Shown: piece after piece, positions 10,466-26,200 of the stretch
How the letters are laid out: every line of letters begins with the position of its first letter
Position numbering within the stretch: position 1 is the stretch's first letter
Source: Eledone cirrhosa
Taxonomy: Eukaryota
Direction: 5' to 3'
Length of the DNA stretch: 64,000 nucleotides
NCBI GenBank assembly: GCA_964016885.1
Contig: OZ024740.1
Location: forward strand, 81,592,001 to 81,656,000
The notes under the pieces: model-generated
Told to the model about the DNA's origin: nothing
Seen by the model: only the letters and a program-made list of their open reading frames with translations
The model's database searches: none
Translations under genes and position numbers: made by a program

Positions 10466-13400
10466 CTAACCGTAGAGGAAGGAAACAAGCTTCATAGTTA
10501 TTCTGTTAGCGTAAGCTAGGTGAATATATGAGCGCTTAGAAAAAAGACCTTTCGCGAACGAATGCAATGTAAGAAAGAGAGAAATTGCTTTCGTTACGAA
10601 CGGGGTGAAGTGAAGAGAGGAGAAACAGTGAGTGAGTGAGTGGAAGTGTGAGGAAGAGTTAACTGACACGACAGAAGGGGCGAAAGAAAGTAGGAGAATC
10701 AGAGAGAATGAGGGAGCAGTAAGAGAGAGAGAGAGAGAAAAAAAAACAGAATCGCAGTATAGGTAAATATATGTGATAAAATAGGGAGAAAAATACTGCT
10801 GGTAGCACATGGATAACATGTAATAAAATAAGTCCCTCATCAGTGATTTGCCGACGATCATAGATATTTCATTGCATTAAAATTCATATACCTCACGTCG
10901 GTGCAATAATAACTAAATTAAGTTATTAGGACAATTAAAACGCGTAAAGCGAGTGAGACAGGAAAACAACAAAGAGTAGAGCTAACCGTAGAGGAAGGAA
11001 ACAAGCTTCATAGTTATTCTGTTAGCGTAAGCTAGGTGAATATATGAGCGCTTAGAAAAAAGACCTTTCGCGAACGAATGCAATGTAAGAAAGAGAGAAA
11101 TTGTTTTCGTTACGAACGGGGTGAAGTGAGGAGAGGAGAAACAGTGAGTGAGTGAGTGGAAGTGTGGGGAAGAGTTAACTGACACGACAGAGGGGGCGAA
11201 AGAAAGTAGGAGAAACAGAGAGAATGAGGAAACAGTGAGAGAGAGAGAGAGAAAAAAAAACAGAATCGCAGTATAGGTAAATATATGTGATAAGATGGGG
11301 AGAAAAATACTGCTGGTAGCACATGGATAACATGTAATAAAATAAGTCCCTCATCAGGGATTTGCCGACGATCATAGATATTTCATTGCATTAAAAATCA
11401 TATACCTCACGTCGGTGCAATAATAACTAAATTAAGTTATTAGGACAATTAACACGCGTAAAGCGAGTGAGACAGGAAAACAACAAAGAGTAGAGCTAAC
11501 CGTAGAGGAAGGAAACAAGCTTCATAGTTATTCTTTTAGCGTAAGCTAGGTGCATATATGAGCGCTTAGAAAAAAGACCTTTCGCAAACGAATGCAATGT
11601 AAGAAAGAGAGAAATTGCTTTCGTTACGAACGGGGTGAAGTGAGGAGAGGAGAAACAGTGAGTGAGTGAGTGGAACTGTGAGGAAGAGTTAACTGACACG
11701 ACAGAGGGGGCGAAAGAAAGTAGGAGAATCAGAGAGAATGAGGGTGCAGTAAGAGAGAGAGACAGAAAAAAAAACAGAATCGCAGTATAGGTAAATATAT
11801 GTGATAAAATAGGGAGAAAAATACTGCTGGGAGCACATGGATAACATGTAATAAAATAAGTCCCTCATCAGTGATTTGCCGACGATCATACATATTTCAT
11901 TGCATTAAAATTCATATACCTCACGTCGGTGCAATAATAACTAAATTAAGTTATTAGGACAATTAAAACGCGTAAAGCGAGTGAGACAGGAAAACAACAA
12001 AGAGTAGAGCTAACCGTAGAGGAAGGAAACAAGCTTCATAGTTATTCTGTTAGCGTAAGCTAGGTGAATATATGAGCGCTTAGAAAAAAGACCTTTCGCG
12101 AACGAATGCAATGTAAGAAAGAGAGAAATTGCTTTCGTTACGAACGGGGTGAAGTGAGGAGAGGAGAAACAGTGAGTGAGTGAGTGGAAGTGTGAGGAAG
12201 AGTTAACTGACACGACAGAAGGGGCGAAAGAAAGTAGGAGAATCAGAGAGAATGAGGGAGCAGTAAGAGAGAGAGAGAGAAAAAAAAAACAGAATCGCAG
12301 TATAGGTAAATATATGTGATAAAATAGGGAGAAAAATACTGCTGGTAGCACATGGATAACATGTAATAAAATAAGTCCCTCATCAGTGATTTGCCGACGA
12401 TCATAGATATTTCATTGCATTAAAATTCATATACCTCACGTCGGTGCAATAATAACTAAATTAAGTTATTAGGACAATTAAAACGCGTAAAGCGAGTGAG
12501 ACAGGAAAACAACAAAGAGTAGAGCTAACCGTAGAGGAAGGAAACAAGCTTCATAGTTATTCTGTTAGCGTAAGCTAGGTGAATATATGAGCCCTTAGAA
12601 AAAAGACCTTTCGCGAACGAATGCAATGTAAGAAAGAGAGAAATTGCTTTCGTTACGAACGGGGTGAAGTGAGGAGAGGAGAAACAGTGAGTGAGTGAGT
12701 GGAAGTGTGAGGAAGAGTTAACTGACACGACAGAAGGGGCGAAAGAAAGTAGGAGAATCAGAGAGAATGAGGGAGCAGTAAGAGAGAGAGAGAGAAAAAA
12801 AAAACAGAATCGCAGTATAGGTAAATATATGTGATAAAATAGGGAGAAAAATACTGCTGGTAGCACATGGATAACATGTAATAAAATAAGTCCCTCATCA
12901 GTGATTTGCCGACGATCATAGATATTTCATTGCATTAAAATTCATATACCTCACGTCGGTGCAATAATAACTAAATTAAGTTATTAGGACAATTAAAACG
13001 CGTAAAGCGAGTGAGACAGGAAAACAACAAAGAGTAGAGCTAACCGTAGAGGAAGGAAACAAGCTTCATAGTTATTCTGTTAGCGTAAGCTAGGTGAATA
13101 TATGAGCGCTTAGAAAAAAGACCTTTCGCGAACGAATGCAATGTAAGAAAGAGAGAAATTGTTTTCGTTACGAACGGGGTGAAGTGAGGAGAGGAGAAAC
13201 AGTGAGTGAGTGAGTGGAAGTGTGGGGAAGAGTTAACTGACACGACAGAGGGGGCGAAAGAAAGTAGGAGAAACAGAGAGAATGAGGAAGCAGTGAGAGA
13301 GAGAGAGAGAGAAAAAAAAACAGAATCGCAGTATAGGTAAATATATGTGATAAAATGGGGAGAAAAATACTGCTGGTAGCACATGGATAACATGTAATAA

Positions 13401-16400
13401 AATAAGTCCCTCATCAGGGATTTGCCGACGATCATAGATATTTCATTGCATTAAAAATCATATACCTCACGTCGGTGCAATAATAACTAAATTAAGTTAT
13501 TAGGACAATTAACACGCGTAAAGCGAGTGAGACAGGAAAACAACAAAGAGTAGAGCTAACCGTAGAGGAAGGAAACAAGCTTCATAGTTATTCTTTTAGC
13601 GTAAGCTAGGTGCATATATGAGCGCTTAGAAAAAAGACCTTTCGCGAACGAATGCAATGTAAGAAAGAGAGAAATTGCTTTCGTTACGAACGGGGTGAAG
13701 TGAGGAGAGGAGAAACAGTGAGTGAGTGAGTGGAACTGTGAGGAAGAGTTAACTGACACGACAGAGGGGGCGAAAGAAAGTAGGAGAATCAGAGAGAATG
13801 AGGGTGCAGTAAGAGAGAGAGACAGAAAGAAAAACAGAATCGCAGTATAGGTAAATATATGTGATAAAATAGGGAGAAAAATACTGCTGGGAGCACATGG
13901 ATAACATGTAATAAAATAAGTCCCCCATCAGTGATTTGCCGACGATCATAGATATTTCATTGCATTAAAATTCATATACCTCACGTCGGTGCAATAATAA
14001 CTAAATTAAGTTATTAGGACAATTAAAACGCGTAAAGCGAGTGAGACAGGAAAACAACAAAGAGTAGAGCTAGCCGTAGATGAAGGAAACAAGCTTCATA
14101 GTTATTCTGTTAGCGTAAGCTAGGTGAATATATGAGCGCTTAGAAAAAAGACCTTTCGCGAACGAATGCAATGTAAGAAAGAGAGAAATTGCTTTCGTTA
14201 CGAACGGGGTGAAGTGAGGAGAGGAGAAACAGTGAGTTAGTGAGTGGAAGTGTGAGGAAGAGTTAACTGACACGACAGAGGGGGCGAAAGAAAGCAGGAG
14301 AAACAGAGAGAATGAGCAAGCAGTAAGAGAGAGAGAGAGAGAAAAAAATACAGAATCGCAGTATAGGTAAATATAAGTGATAAAATTGGGAGAAAAATAC
14401 TGATGGTAGAACATGGATAACATGTAATAAAATAAGTCCCTCATCAGTGATTTGCCGACGATCATAGATATTTCATTGCATTAAAAATCATATACCTCAC
14501 GTCGGTGCAATAATAACTAAATTAAGTTATTAGGACAATTAACACGCGTAAAGCGAGTGAGACAGGAAAACAACAAAGAGTAGAGCTAACCGTAGAGGAA
14601 GGAAACAAGCTTCATAGTTATTCTTTTAGCGTAAGCTAGGTGAATATATGAGCGCTTAGAAAAAAGACCTTTCGCGAACGAATGCAATGTAAGAAAGAGA
14701 GAAATTGCTTTTGTTACGAACGGGGTGAAGTGAGGAGAGGAGAAACAGTGAGTGAGTGAGTGGAAGTGTGAGGAAGAGTTAACTGACACGACAGAGGGGG
14801 CGAAAGAAAGTAGGAGAATCAGAGAGAATGAGGGAGCAGTACGAGAGAGAGAGAGAAAAAAAAAACAGAATCGCAGTATAGGTAAATATATGTGATAAAA
14901 TAGGGAGAAAAATACTGCTGGTAGCACATGGATAACATGTAACAAAATAAGTCCCTCATCAGTGATTTGCTGACGATCATAGATATTTCATTGCATTAAA
15001 ATTCATATACCTCACGTCGGTGCAATAATAACTAAATTAAGTTATTAGGACAATTAAAACGCGTAAAGCGAGTGAGACAGGAAAACAACAAAGAGTAGAG
15101 CTAACCGTAGAGGAAGGAAACAAGCTTCATAGTTATTCTGTTAGCGTAAGCTAGGTGAATATATGAGCGCTTAGAAAAAAGACCTTTCGCGAACGAATGC
15201 AATGTAAGAAAGAGAGAAATTGCTTTCGTTACGAACGGGGTGAAGTGAGGAGAGGAGAAACAGTGAGTGAGTGAGTGGAAGTGTGGGGAAGAGTTAACTG
15301 ACACGACAGAGGGGGCGAAAGAAAGTAGGAGAAACAGAGAGAATGAGGAAGCAGTAAGAGAGAGAGAGAGAGAGAATAAAAAACAGAATCGCAGTATAGG
15401 TAAATATATGTGATAAAATGGGGAGAAAAATACTGCTGGTAGCACATGGATAACATGTAATAAAATAAGTCCCTCATCAGGGATTTGCCGACGATCATAG
15501 ATATTTCATTGCATTAAAAATCATATACCTCACGTCGGTGCAATAATAACTAAATTAAGTTATTAGGACAATTAAAACGCGTATAGCGAGTGAGACAGGA
15601 AAACAACAAAGAGTAGAGCTAACCGTAGAGGAAGGAAACAAGCTTCATAGTTAGTCTGTTAGCGTAAGCTAGGTGAATATATGAGCGCTTAGAAAAAAGA
15701 CCTTTCGCGAACGAATGCAATGTAAGAAAGAGAGAAATTGCTTTCGTTACGAACGGGGTGAAGTGAGGAGAGGAGAAACAGTGAGTGAGTGAGTGGAAGT
15801 GTGGGGAAGAGTTAACTGACACGACAGAGGGGGCGAAAGAAAGTAGGAGAATCAGAGAGAATGAGGGAGCAGTAAGAGAGAGAGAGAGAAAAAAAAAAAC
15901 AGAATCGCAGTATAGGTAAATATATGTGATAAAATAGGGAGAAAAATACTGCTGGTAGCACATGGATAACATGTAATAAAATAAGTCCCTCATCAGTGAT
16001 TTGCCGACGATCATAGATATTTCATTGCATTAAAATTCATATACCTCACGTCGGTGCAATAATAACTAAATTAAGTTATTAGGACAATTAAAACGCGTAA
16101 AGCGAGTGAGACAGGAAAACAACAAAGAGTAGAGCTAACCTTAGAGGAAGGAAACAAGCTTCATAGTTATTCTTTTAGCGTAAGCTAGGTGAATATATGA
16201 GCGCTTAGAAAAAAGACCTTTCGCGAACGAATGCAATGTAAGAAAGAGAGAAATTGCTTTCGTTACGAACGGGGTGAAGTGAGGAGAGGAGAAACAGTGA
16301 GTGAGTGAGTGGAACTGTGAGGAAGAGTTAACTGACACGACAGAGGGGGCGAAAGAAAGTAGGAGAATCAGAGAGAATGAGGGAGCAGTAAGAGAGAGAG

Positions 16401-19400
16401 AAAAAAAAAACAGAATCGCAGTATAGGTAAATATATGTGATAAAATAGGGAGAAAAATACTGCTGGTAGCACATGGATAACATGTAATAAAATAAGTCCC
16501 TCATCAGTGATTTGCCGACGATCATAGATATTTCATTGCATTAAAATTCATATACCTCAAGTCGGTGCAATAATAACTAAATTAAGTTATTAGGACAATT
16601 AAAACGCGTAAAGCGAGTGAGACAGGAAAACAACAAAGAGTAGAGCTAACCGTAGAGGAAGGAAACAAGCTTCATAGTTATTCTGTTAGCGTAAGCTAGG
16701 TGAATATATGAGCGCTTAGAAAAAAGACCTTTCGCGAACGAATGCAATGTAAGAAAGAGAGAAATTGCTTTCGTTACGAACGGGGTGAAGTGAGGAGAGG
16801 AGAAACAGTGAGTTAGTGAGTGGAAGTGTGAGGAAGAGTTAACTGACACGACAGAGGGGGCGAAACAAAGTAGGAGAAACAGAGAGAATGAGCAAGCAGT
16901 GAGAGAGAGAGAGAGAGAGAGAGAAAAAAAACAGAATCGCAGTATAGGTAAATATAAGTGATAAAATGGGGAGAAAAATACTGCTGGTAGAACATGGATA
17001 ACATGTAATAAAATAAGTCCCTCATCAGTGATTTGCCGACGATCATAGATATTTCATTGCATTAAAAATCATATACCTCACGTCGGTGCAATAATAACTA
17101 ATTTAAGTTATTAGGACAATTAACACGCGTAAAGCGAGTGAGACAGGAAAACAACAAAGAGTAGAGCTAACCGTAGAGGAAGGAAACAAGCTTCATAGTT
17201 ATTCTTTTAGCGTAAGCTAGGTGAATATATGAGCGCTTAGAAAAAAGACCTTTCGCGAACGAATGCAATGTAAGAAAGAGAGAAATTGCTTTCGTTACGA
17301 ACGGGGTGAAGTGAGGAGAGGAGAAACAGTGAGTGAGTGAGTGGAAGTGTGAGGAAGAGTTAACTGACACGACAGAGGGGGCGAAAGAAAGTAGGAGAAT
17401 CAGAGAGAATGAGGGAGCAGTAAGAGAGAGAGAGAGAAAAAAAAAAAAGAATCGCAGTATAGGTAAATATATGTGATAAAATAGGGAGAAAAATACTGCT
17501 GGTAGCACATGGATAACATGTAATAAAATAAGTCCCTCATCAGTGATTTGCTGACGATCATAGATATTTCATTGCATTAAAATTCATATACCTCACGTCG
17601 GTGCAATAATAACTAAATTAAGTTATTAGGACAATTAAAACGCGTAAAGCGAGTGAGACAGGAAAACAACAAAGAGTAGAGCTAACCGTAGAGGAAGGAA
17701 ACAAGCTTCATAGTTATTCTGTTAGCGTAAGCTAGGTGAATATATGAGCGCTTAGAAAAAAGACCTTTCGCGAACGAATGCAATGTAAGAAACAGAGAAA
17801 TTGCTCTTTCGTTACGAACGGGGTGAAGTGAGGAGAGGAGAAACAGTGAGTGAGTGAGTGGAAGTGTGGGGAAGAGTTAACTGACACGACAGAGGGGGCG
17901 AAAGAAAGTAGGAGAAACAGAGAGAATGAGGAAGCAGTAAGAGAGAGAGAGAGAGAGAATAAAAAACAGAATCGCAGTATAGGTAAATATATGTGATAAA
18001 ATGGGGAGAAAAATACTGCTGGTAGCACATGGATAACATGTAATAAAATAAGTCCCTCATCAGGGATTTGCCGACGATCATAGATATTTCATTGCATTAA
18101 AAATCATATACCTCACGTCGGTGCAATAATAACTAAATTAAGTTATTAGGACAATTAAAACGCGTATAGCGAGTGAGACAGGAAAACAACAAAGAGTAGA
18201 GCTAACCGTAGAGGAAGGAAACAAGCTTCATAGTTATTCTGTTAGCGTAAGCTAGGTGAATATATGAGCGCTTAGAAAAAAGACCTTTCGCGAACGAATG
18301 CAATGTAAGAAAGAGAGAAATTGCTTTCGTTACGAACGGGGTGAAGTGAGGAGAGGAGAAACAGTGAGTGAGTGAGTGGAAGTGTGAGGAAGAGTTAACT
18401 GACACGACAGAAGGGGCGAAAGAAAGTAGGAGAATCAGAGAGAATGAGCAAGCAGTGAGAGAGAGAGAGAGAAAAAATAACAGAATCGCAGTATAGGTAA
18501 ATATATGTGATAAAATAGGGAGAAAAATACTGCTGGTAGCACATGGATAACATGTAATAAAATAAGTCCCTCATCAGTGATTTGCCGACGATCATAGATA
18601 TTTCATTGCATTAAAATTCATATACCTCACGTCGGTGCAATAATAACTAAATTAAGTTATTAGGACAATTAAAACGCGTAAAGCGAGTGAGACAGGAAAA
18701 CAACAAAGAGTAGAGCTAACCGTAGAGGAAGGAAACAAGCTTCATAGTTATTCTGTTAGCGTAAGCTAGGTGAATATATGAGCGCTTAGAAAAAAGACCT
18801 TTCGCGAACGAATGCAATGTAAGAAAGAGAGAAATTGCTTTCGTTACGAACGGGGTGAAGTGAGGAGAGGAGAAACAGTGAGTGAGTGAGTGGAAGTGTG
18901 GGGAAGAGTTAACTGACACGACAGAGGGGGCGAAAGAAAGTAGGAGAAACAGAGAGAATGAGGAAGCAGTGAGAGAGAGAGAGAGAGAAAAAAAAACAGA
19001 ATCGCAGTATAGGTAAATATATGTGATAAAATGGGGAGAAAAATACTGCTGGTAGCACATGGATAACATGTAATAAAATAAGTCCCTCATCAGTGATTTG
19101 CCGACGATCATAGATATTTCATTGCATTAAAAATCATATACCTCACGTCGGTGCAATAATAACTAAATTAAGTTATTAGGACAATTAACACGCGTAAAGC
19201 GAGTGAGACAGGAAAACAACAAAGAGTAGAGCTAACCGTAGAGGAAGGAAACAAGCTTCATAGTTATTCTTTTAGCGTAAGCTAGGTGAATATATGAGCG
19301 CTTAGAAAAAAGACCTTTCGCGAACGAATGCAATGTAAGAAAGAGAGAAATTGCTTTCGTTACGAACGGGGTGAAGTGAGGAGAGGAGAAACAGTGAGTG

Positions 19401-20262
19401 AGTGAGTGGAAGTGTGAGGAAGAGTTAACTGACACGACAGAGGGGGCGAAAGAAAGTAGGAGAATCAGAGAGAATGAGGAAGCAGTGAGAGAGAGAGAGA
19501 GAGAAAAAAAAACAGAATCGCAGTATAGGTAAATATATGTGATAAAATGGGGAGAAAAATACTGCTGGTAGCACATGGATAACATGTAATAAAATAAGTC
19601 CCTCATCAGTGATTTGCCGACGATCATAGATATTTCATTGCATTAAAAATCATATACCTCACGTCGGAGTAATAATAACTAAATTAAGTTATTAGGACAA
19701 TTAAAACGCGTAAAGCGAGTGAGACAGGAAAACAACAAAGAGTAGAGCTAACCGTAGAGGAAGGAAACAAGCTTCATAGTTATTCTTTTAGCGTAAACTA
19801 GGTGAATATATGAGCGCTTAGAAAAAAGACCTTTCGCGAACGAATGCAATGTAAGAAAGAGAGAAATTGCTTTCGTTACGAACGGGGTGAAGTGAGGAGA
19901 GGACAAACAGTGAGTGAGTGAGTGGAAGTGTGAGGAAGAGTTAACTGACACGACAGAAGGGGCGAAAGAAAGTAGGAGAATCAGAGAGAATGAGGGAGCA
20001 GTAAGAGAGAGAGAGAGAAAAAAAAAACAGAATCGCAGTATAGGTAAATATATGTGATAAAATAGGGAGAAAAATACTGCTGGTAGCACATGGATAACAT
20101 GTAATAAAATAAGTCCCTCATCAGTGATTTGCCGACGATCATAGATATTTCATTGCATTAAAATTCATATACCTCACGTCGGTTCAATAATAACTAAATT
20201 AAGTTATTAGGACAATTAAAACGCGTAAAGCGAGTGAGACAGGAAAACAACAAAGAGTAGAG

Positions 20263-23200
20263 CTAACCGTAGAGGAAGGAAACAAGCTTCATAGTTATTC
20301 TGTTAGCGTAAGCTAGGTGAATATATGAGCGCTTAGAAAAAAGACCTTTCGCGAACGAATGCAATGTAAGAAAGAGAGAAATTGCTTTCGTTACGAACGG
20401 GGTGAAGTGAGGAGAGGAGACACAGTGCGTGAGTGAGTGGAAGTGTGGGGAAGAGTTAACTGACACGACAGAGGGGGCGAAAGAAAGTAGGAGAGACAGA
20501 GAGAATGAGGAAGCAGTGAGAGAGAGAGAGAGAGAAAAAAAAACAGAATCGCAGTATAGGTAAATATATGTGATAAAATGGGGAGAAAAATACTGCTGGT
20601 AGCACATGGATAACATGTAATAAAATAAGTCCCTCATCAGTGATTTGCCGACGATCATAGATATTTCATTGCATTAAAAATCATATACCTCACGTCGGTG
20701 CAATAATAACTAAATTAAGTTATTAGGACAAGTAAAACGCGTATAGCGAGTGAGACAGCAAAACAACAAAGAGTAGAGCTAACCGTAGAGGAAGGAAACA
20801 AGCTTCATAGTTATTCTGTTAGCGTAAGCTAGGTGAATATATGAGCGCTTAGAAAAAAGACCTTTCGCGAACGAATGCAATGTAAGAAAGAGAGAAATTG
20901 CTTTCGTTACGAACGGCGTGAAGTGAGGAGGCGAGAAACAGTGAGTGAGTGAGTGGAAGTGTGAGGAAGAGTTAACTGACACGACAGAGGAGGCGAAAGA
21001 AAGTAGGAGAAACGGAGAGAATGAGGGAGCAGTAAGACAGAGAGAGAAAAAAAACAGAATCGCAATATAGGTAAATATATGTGATAAAATGGGGAGAAAA
21101 ATACTGCTGGTAGCACATGGATAACATGTAATAAAATAAGTCCCTCATCAGTGATTTGCCGACGATCATAGATATTTCATTGCATTAAAAATCATATACC
21201 TCACGTCGGTGCAATAATAACTAAATTAAATTATTAGGACAATTAACACGCGTAAAGCAAGTGAGACAGGAAAACAACAAAGAGTAGAGCTAACCGTAGA
21301 GGAAGGAAACAAGCTTCATAGTTATTCTTTTAGCGTAAGCTAGGTGAATATATGAGCGCTTAGAAAAAAGACCTTTCGCGAACGAATGCAATGTAAGAAA
21401 GAGAGAAATTGCTTTCGTTACGAACGGGGTGAAGTGAGGAGAGGAGAAACAGTGAGTGAGTGAGTGGAAGTGTGAGGAAGAGTTAACTGACACGACAGAG
21501 GGGGCGAAAGAAAGTAGGAGAAACAGAGAGAATGAGGAAGCAGTAAGAGAGAGAGAGAGAGAAAAAAAAACAGAATCGCAGTATAGGTAAATATATGTGA
21601 TAAAATGGGGAGAAAAATACTGCTGGTAGCACATGGATAACATGTAATAAAATAAGTCCCTCATCAGTGATTTGCCGACGATCATAGATATTTCATTGCA
21701 TTAAAATTCATATACCTCACGTCGGTGCAATAATAACTAAATTAAGTTATTAGGACAATTAAAACGCGTAAAGCGAGTGAGACAGGAAGACAACAAAGAG
21801 TAGAGCTAACCGTAGAGGAAGGAAACAAGCTTCATAGTTATTCTGTTAGCGTAAGCTAGGTGAATATATGAGCGCTTAGAAAAAAGACCTTTCGCGAACG
21901 AATGCAATGTAAGAAAGAGAGAAATTGCTTTCGTTACGAACGGGGTGAAGTGAGGGGAGGAGAAACAGTGAGTGAGTGAGTGGAAGTGTGGGGAAGAGTT
22001 AACTGACACGACAGAGGGGGCGAAAGAAAGTAGGAGAAACAGAGAGAATGAGGAAGCAGTGAGAGAGCGAGAGAGAGAAAAAAAAACAGAATCGCAGTAT
22101 AGGTAAATATATGTGATAAAATGGGGAGAAAAATACTGCTGGTAGCACATGGATAACATGTAATAAAATAAGTCCCTCATCAGTGATTTGCCGACGATCA
22201 TAGATATTTCATTGCATTAAAAATCATATACCTCACGTCGGTGCAATAATAACTAAATTAAGTTATTAGGACAATTAACACGCGTAAAGCGAGTGAGACA
22301 GGAAAACAACAAAGAGTAGAGCTAACCGTAGAGGAAGGAAACAAGCTTCATAGTTATTCTTTTAGCGTAAGCTAGGTGAATATATGAGCGCTTAGAAAAA
22401 AGACCTTTCGCGAACGAATGCAATGTAAGAAAGAGAGAAATTGCTTTCGTTACGAACGGAGTGAAGTGAGGAGAGGAGAAACAGTGAGTGAGTGAGTGGA
22501 AGTGTGAGGAAGAGTTAACTGACACGACAGAGGGGGCGAAAGAAAGTAGGAGAATCAGAGAGAATGAGGGAGCAGTAAGAGAGAGAGAGAGAAAAAAAAA
22601 CAGAATCGCAGTATAGGTAAATATATGTGATAAAATAGGGAGAAAAATACTGCTGGTAGCACATGGATAACATGTAATAAAATAAGTCCCTCATCAGTGA
22701 TTTGCCGACGATCATAGATATTTCATTGCATTAAAATTCATATACCTCACGTCGGTGCAATAATAACTAAATTAAGTTATTAGGACAATTAAAACGCGTA
22801 AAGCGAGTGAGACAGGAAAACAACAAAGAGTAGAGCTAACCGTAGAGGAAGGAAACAAGCTTCATAGTTATTCTGTTAGCGTAAGCTAGGTGAATATATG
22901 AGCGCTTAGAAAAAGGACCTTTCGCGAACGAATGCAATGTAAGAAAGAGAGAAATTGCTTTCGTTACGAACGGGGTGAAGTGAGGAGAGGAGAAACAGTG
23001 AGTGAGTGAGTGGAAGTGTGAGGAAGAGTTAACTGACACGACAGAGGAGGCGAAAGAAAGTAGGAGAAAGAGAGAGAATGAGGGAGCAGTAAGAGAGAGA
23101 GAGAAAAAAAAACAGAATCGCAGTATAGGTAAATATATGTGATAAAATGGGGAGAAAAATACTGCTGGTAGCACATGGATAACATGTAATAAAATAAGTC

Positions 23201-26200
23201 CCTCATCAGTGATTTGCCGACGGTCATAGATATTTCATTGCATTAAAAATCATATACCTCACGTCGGAGTAATAATAACTAAATTAAGTTATTAGGACAA
23301 TTAAAACGCGTAAAGCGAGTGAGACAGGAAAACAACAAAGAGTAGAGCTAACCGTAGAGGAAGGAAACAAACTTCATAGTTATTCTTTTAGCGTAAACTA
23401 GGTGAATATATGAGCGCTTAGAAAAAAGACCTTTCGCGAACGAATGCAATGTAAGAAAGAGAGAAATTGCTTTCGTTACGAACGGGGATAAGTGAGGAGA
23501 GGAGACACAGTGAGTGAGTGAGTGGAAGTGTGGGGAAGAGTTAACTGACACGACAGAGGGGGCGAAAGAAAGTAGGAGAGACAGAGAGAATGAGGAAGCA
23601 GTGAGAGAGAGAGAGAGAGAAAAAAAAACAGAATCGCAGTATAGGTAAATATATGTGATAAAATGGGGAGAAAAATACTGCTGGTAGCACATGGATAACA
23701 TGTAATAAAATAAGTCCCTCATCAGTGATTTGCCGACGATCATAGATATTTCATTGCATTAAAAATCATATACCTCACGTCGGTGCAATAATAACTAAAT
23801 TAAGTTATTAGGACAAGTAAAACGCGTATAGCGAGTGAGACAGCAAAACAACAAAGAGTAGAGCTAACCGTAGAGGAAGGAAACAAGCTTCATAGTTATT
23901 CTGTTAGCGTAAGCTAGGTGAATATATGAGCGCTTAGAAAAAAGACCTTTCGCGAACGAATGCAATGTAAGAAAGAGAGAAATTGCTTTCGTTACGAACG
24001 GCGTGAAGTGAGGAGGCGAGAAACAGTGAGTGAGTGAGTGGAAGTGTGAGGAAGAGTTAACTGACACGACAGAGGAGGCGAAAGAAAGTAGGAGAAACGG
24101 AGAGAATGAGGGAGCAGTAAGACAGAGAGAGAAAAAAAACAGAATCGCAATATAGGTAAATATATGTGATAAAATGGGGAGAAAAATACTGCTGGTAGCA
24201 CATGGATAACATGTAATAAAATAAGTCCCTCATCAGTGATTTGCCGACGATCATAGATATTTCATTGCATTAAAAATCATATACCTCACGTCGGTGCAAT
24301 AATAACTAAATTAAATTATTAGGACAATTAACACGCGTAAAGCAAGTGAGACAGGAAAACAACAAAGAGTAGAGCTAACCGTAGAGGAAGGAAACAAGCT
24401 TCATAGTTATTCTTTTAGCGTAAGCTAGGTGAATATATGAGCGCTTAGAAAAAAGACCTTTCGCGAACGAATGCAATGTAAGAAAGAGAGAAATTGCTTT
24501 CGTTACGAACGGGGTGAAGTGAGGAGAGGAGAAACAGTGAGTGAGTGAGTGGAAGTGTGAGGAAGAGTTAACTGACACGACAGAGGGGGCGAAAGAAAGT
24601 AGGAGAAACAGAGAGAATGAGGAAGCAGTAAGAGAGAGAGAGAGAGAAAAAAAAACAGAATCGCAGTATAGGTAAATATATGTGATAAAATGGGGAGAAA
24701 AATACTGCTGGTAGCACATGGATAACATGTAATAAAATAAGTCCCTCATCAGTGATTTGCCGACGATCATAGATATTTCATTGCATTAAAATTCATATAC
24801 CTCACGTCGGTGCAATAATAACTAAATTAAGTTATTAGGACAATTAAAACGCGTAAAGCGAGTGAGACAGGAAGACAACAAAGAGTAGAGCTAACCGTAG
24901 AGGAAGGAAACAAGCTTCATAGTTATTCTGTTAGCGTAAGCTAGGTGAATATATGAGCGCTTAGAAAAAAGACCTTTCGCGAACGAATGCAATGTAAGAA
25001 AGAGAGAAATTGCTTTCGTTACGAACGGGGTGAAGTGAGGGGAGGAGAAACAGTGAGTGAGTGAGTGGAAGTGTGGGGAAGAGTTAACTGACACGACAGA
25101 GGGGGCGAAAGAAAGTAGGAGAAACAGAGAGAATGAGGAAGCAGTGAGAGAGCGAGAGAGAGAAAAAAAAACAGAATCGCAGTATAGGTAAATATATGTG
25201 ATAAAATGGGGAGAAAAATACTGCTGGTAGCACATGGATAACATGTAATAAAATAAGTCCCTCATCAGTGATTTGCCGACGATCATAGATATTTCATTGC
25301 ATTAAAAATCATATACCTCACGTCGGTGCAATAATAACTAAATTAAGTTATTAGGACAATTAACACGCGTAAAGCGAGTGAGACAGGAAAACAACAAAGA
25401 GTAGAGCTAACCGTAGAGGAAGGAAACAAGCTTCATAGTTATTCTTTTAGCGTAAGCTAGGTGAATATATGAGCGCTTAGAAAAAAGACCTTTCGCGAAC
25501 GAATGCAATGTAAGAAAGAGAGAAATTGCTTTCGTTACGAACGGAGTGAAGTGAGGAGAGGAGAAACAGTGAGTGAGTGAGTGGAAGTGTGAGGAAGAGT
25601 TAACTGACACGACAGAGGGGGCGAAAGAAAGTAGGAGAATCAGAGAGAATGAGGGAGCAGTAAGAGAGAGAGAGAGAAAAAAAAACAGAATCGCAGTATA
25701 GGTAAATATATGTGATAAAATAGGGAGAAAAATACTGCTGGTAGCACATGGATAACATGTAATAAAATAAGTCCCTCATCAGTGATTTGCCGACGATCAT
25801 AGATATTTCATTGCATTAAAATTCATATACCTCACGTCGGTGCAATAATAACTAAATTAAGTTATTAGGACAATTAAAACGCGTAAAGCGAGTGAGACAG
25901 GAAAACAACAAAGAGTAGAGCTAACCGTAGAGGAAGGAAACAAGCTTCATAGTTATTCTGTTAGCGTAAGCTAGGTGAATATATGAGCGCTTAGAAAAAG
26001 GACCTTTCGCGAACGAATGCAATGTAAGAAAGAGAGAAATTGCTTTCGTTACGAACGGGGTGAAGTGAGGAGAGGAGAAACAGTGAGTGAGTGAGTGGAA
26101 GTGTGAGGAAGAGTTAACTGACACGACAGAGGAGGCGAAAGAAAGTAGGAGAAAGAGAGAGAATGAGGGAGCAGTAAGAGAGAGAGAGAAAAAAAAACAG

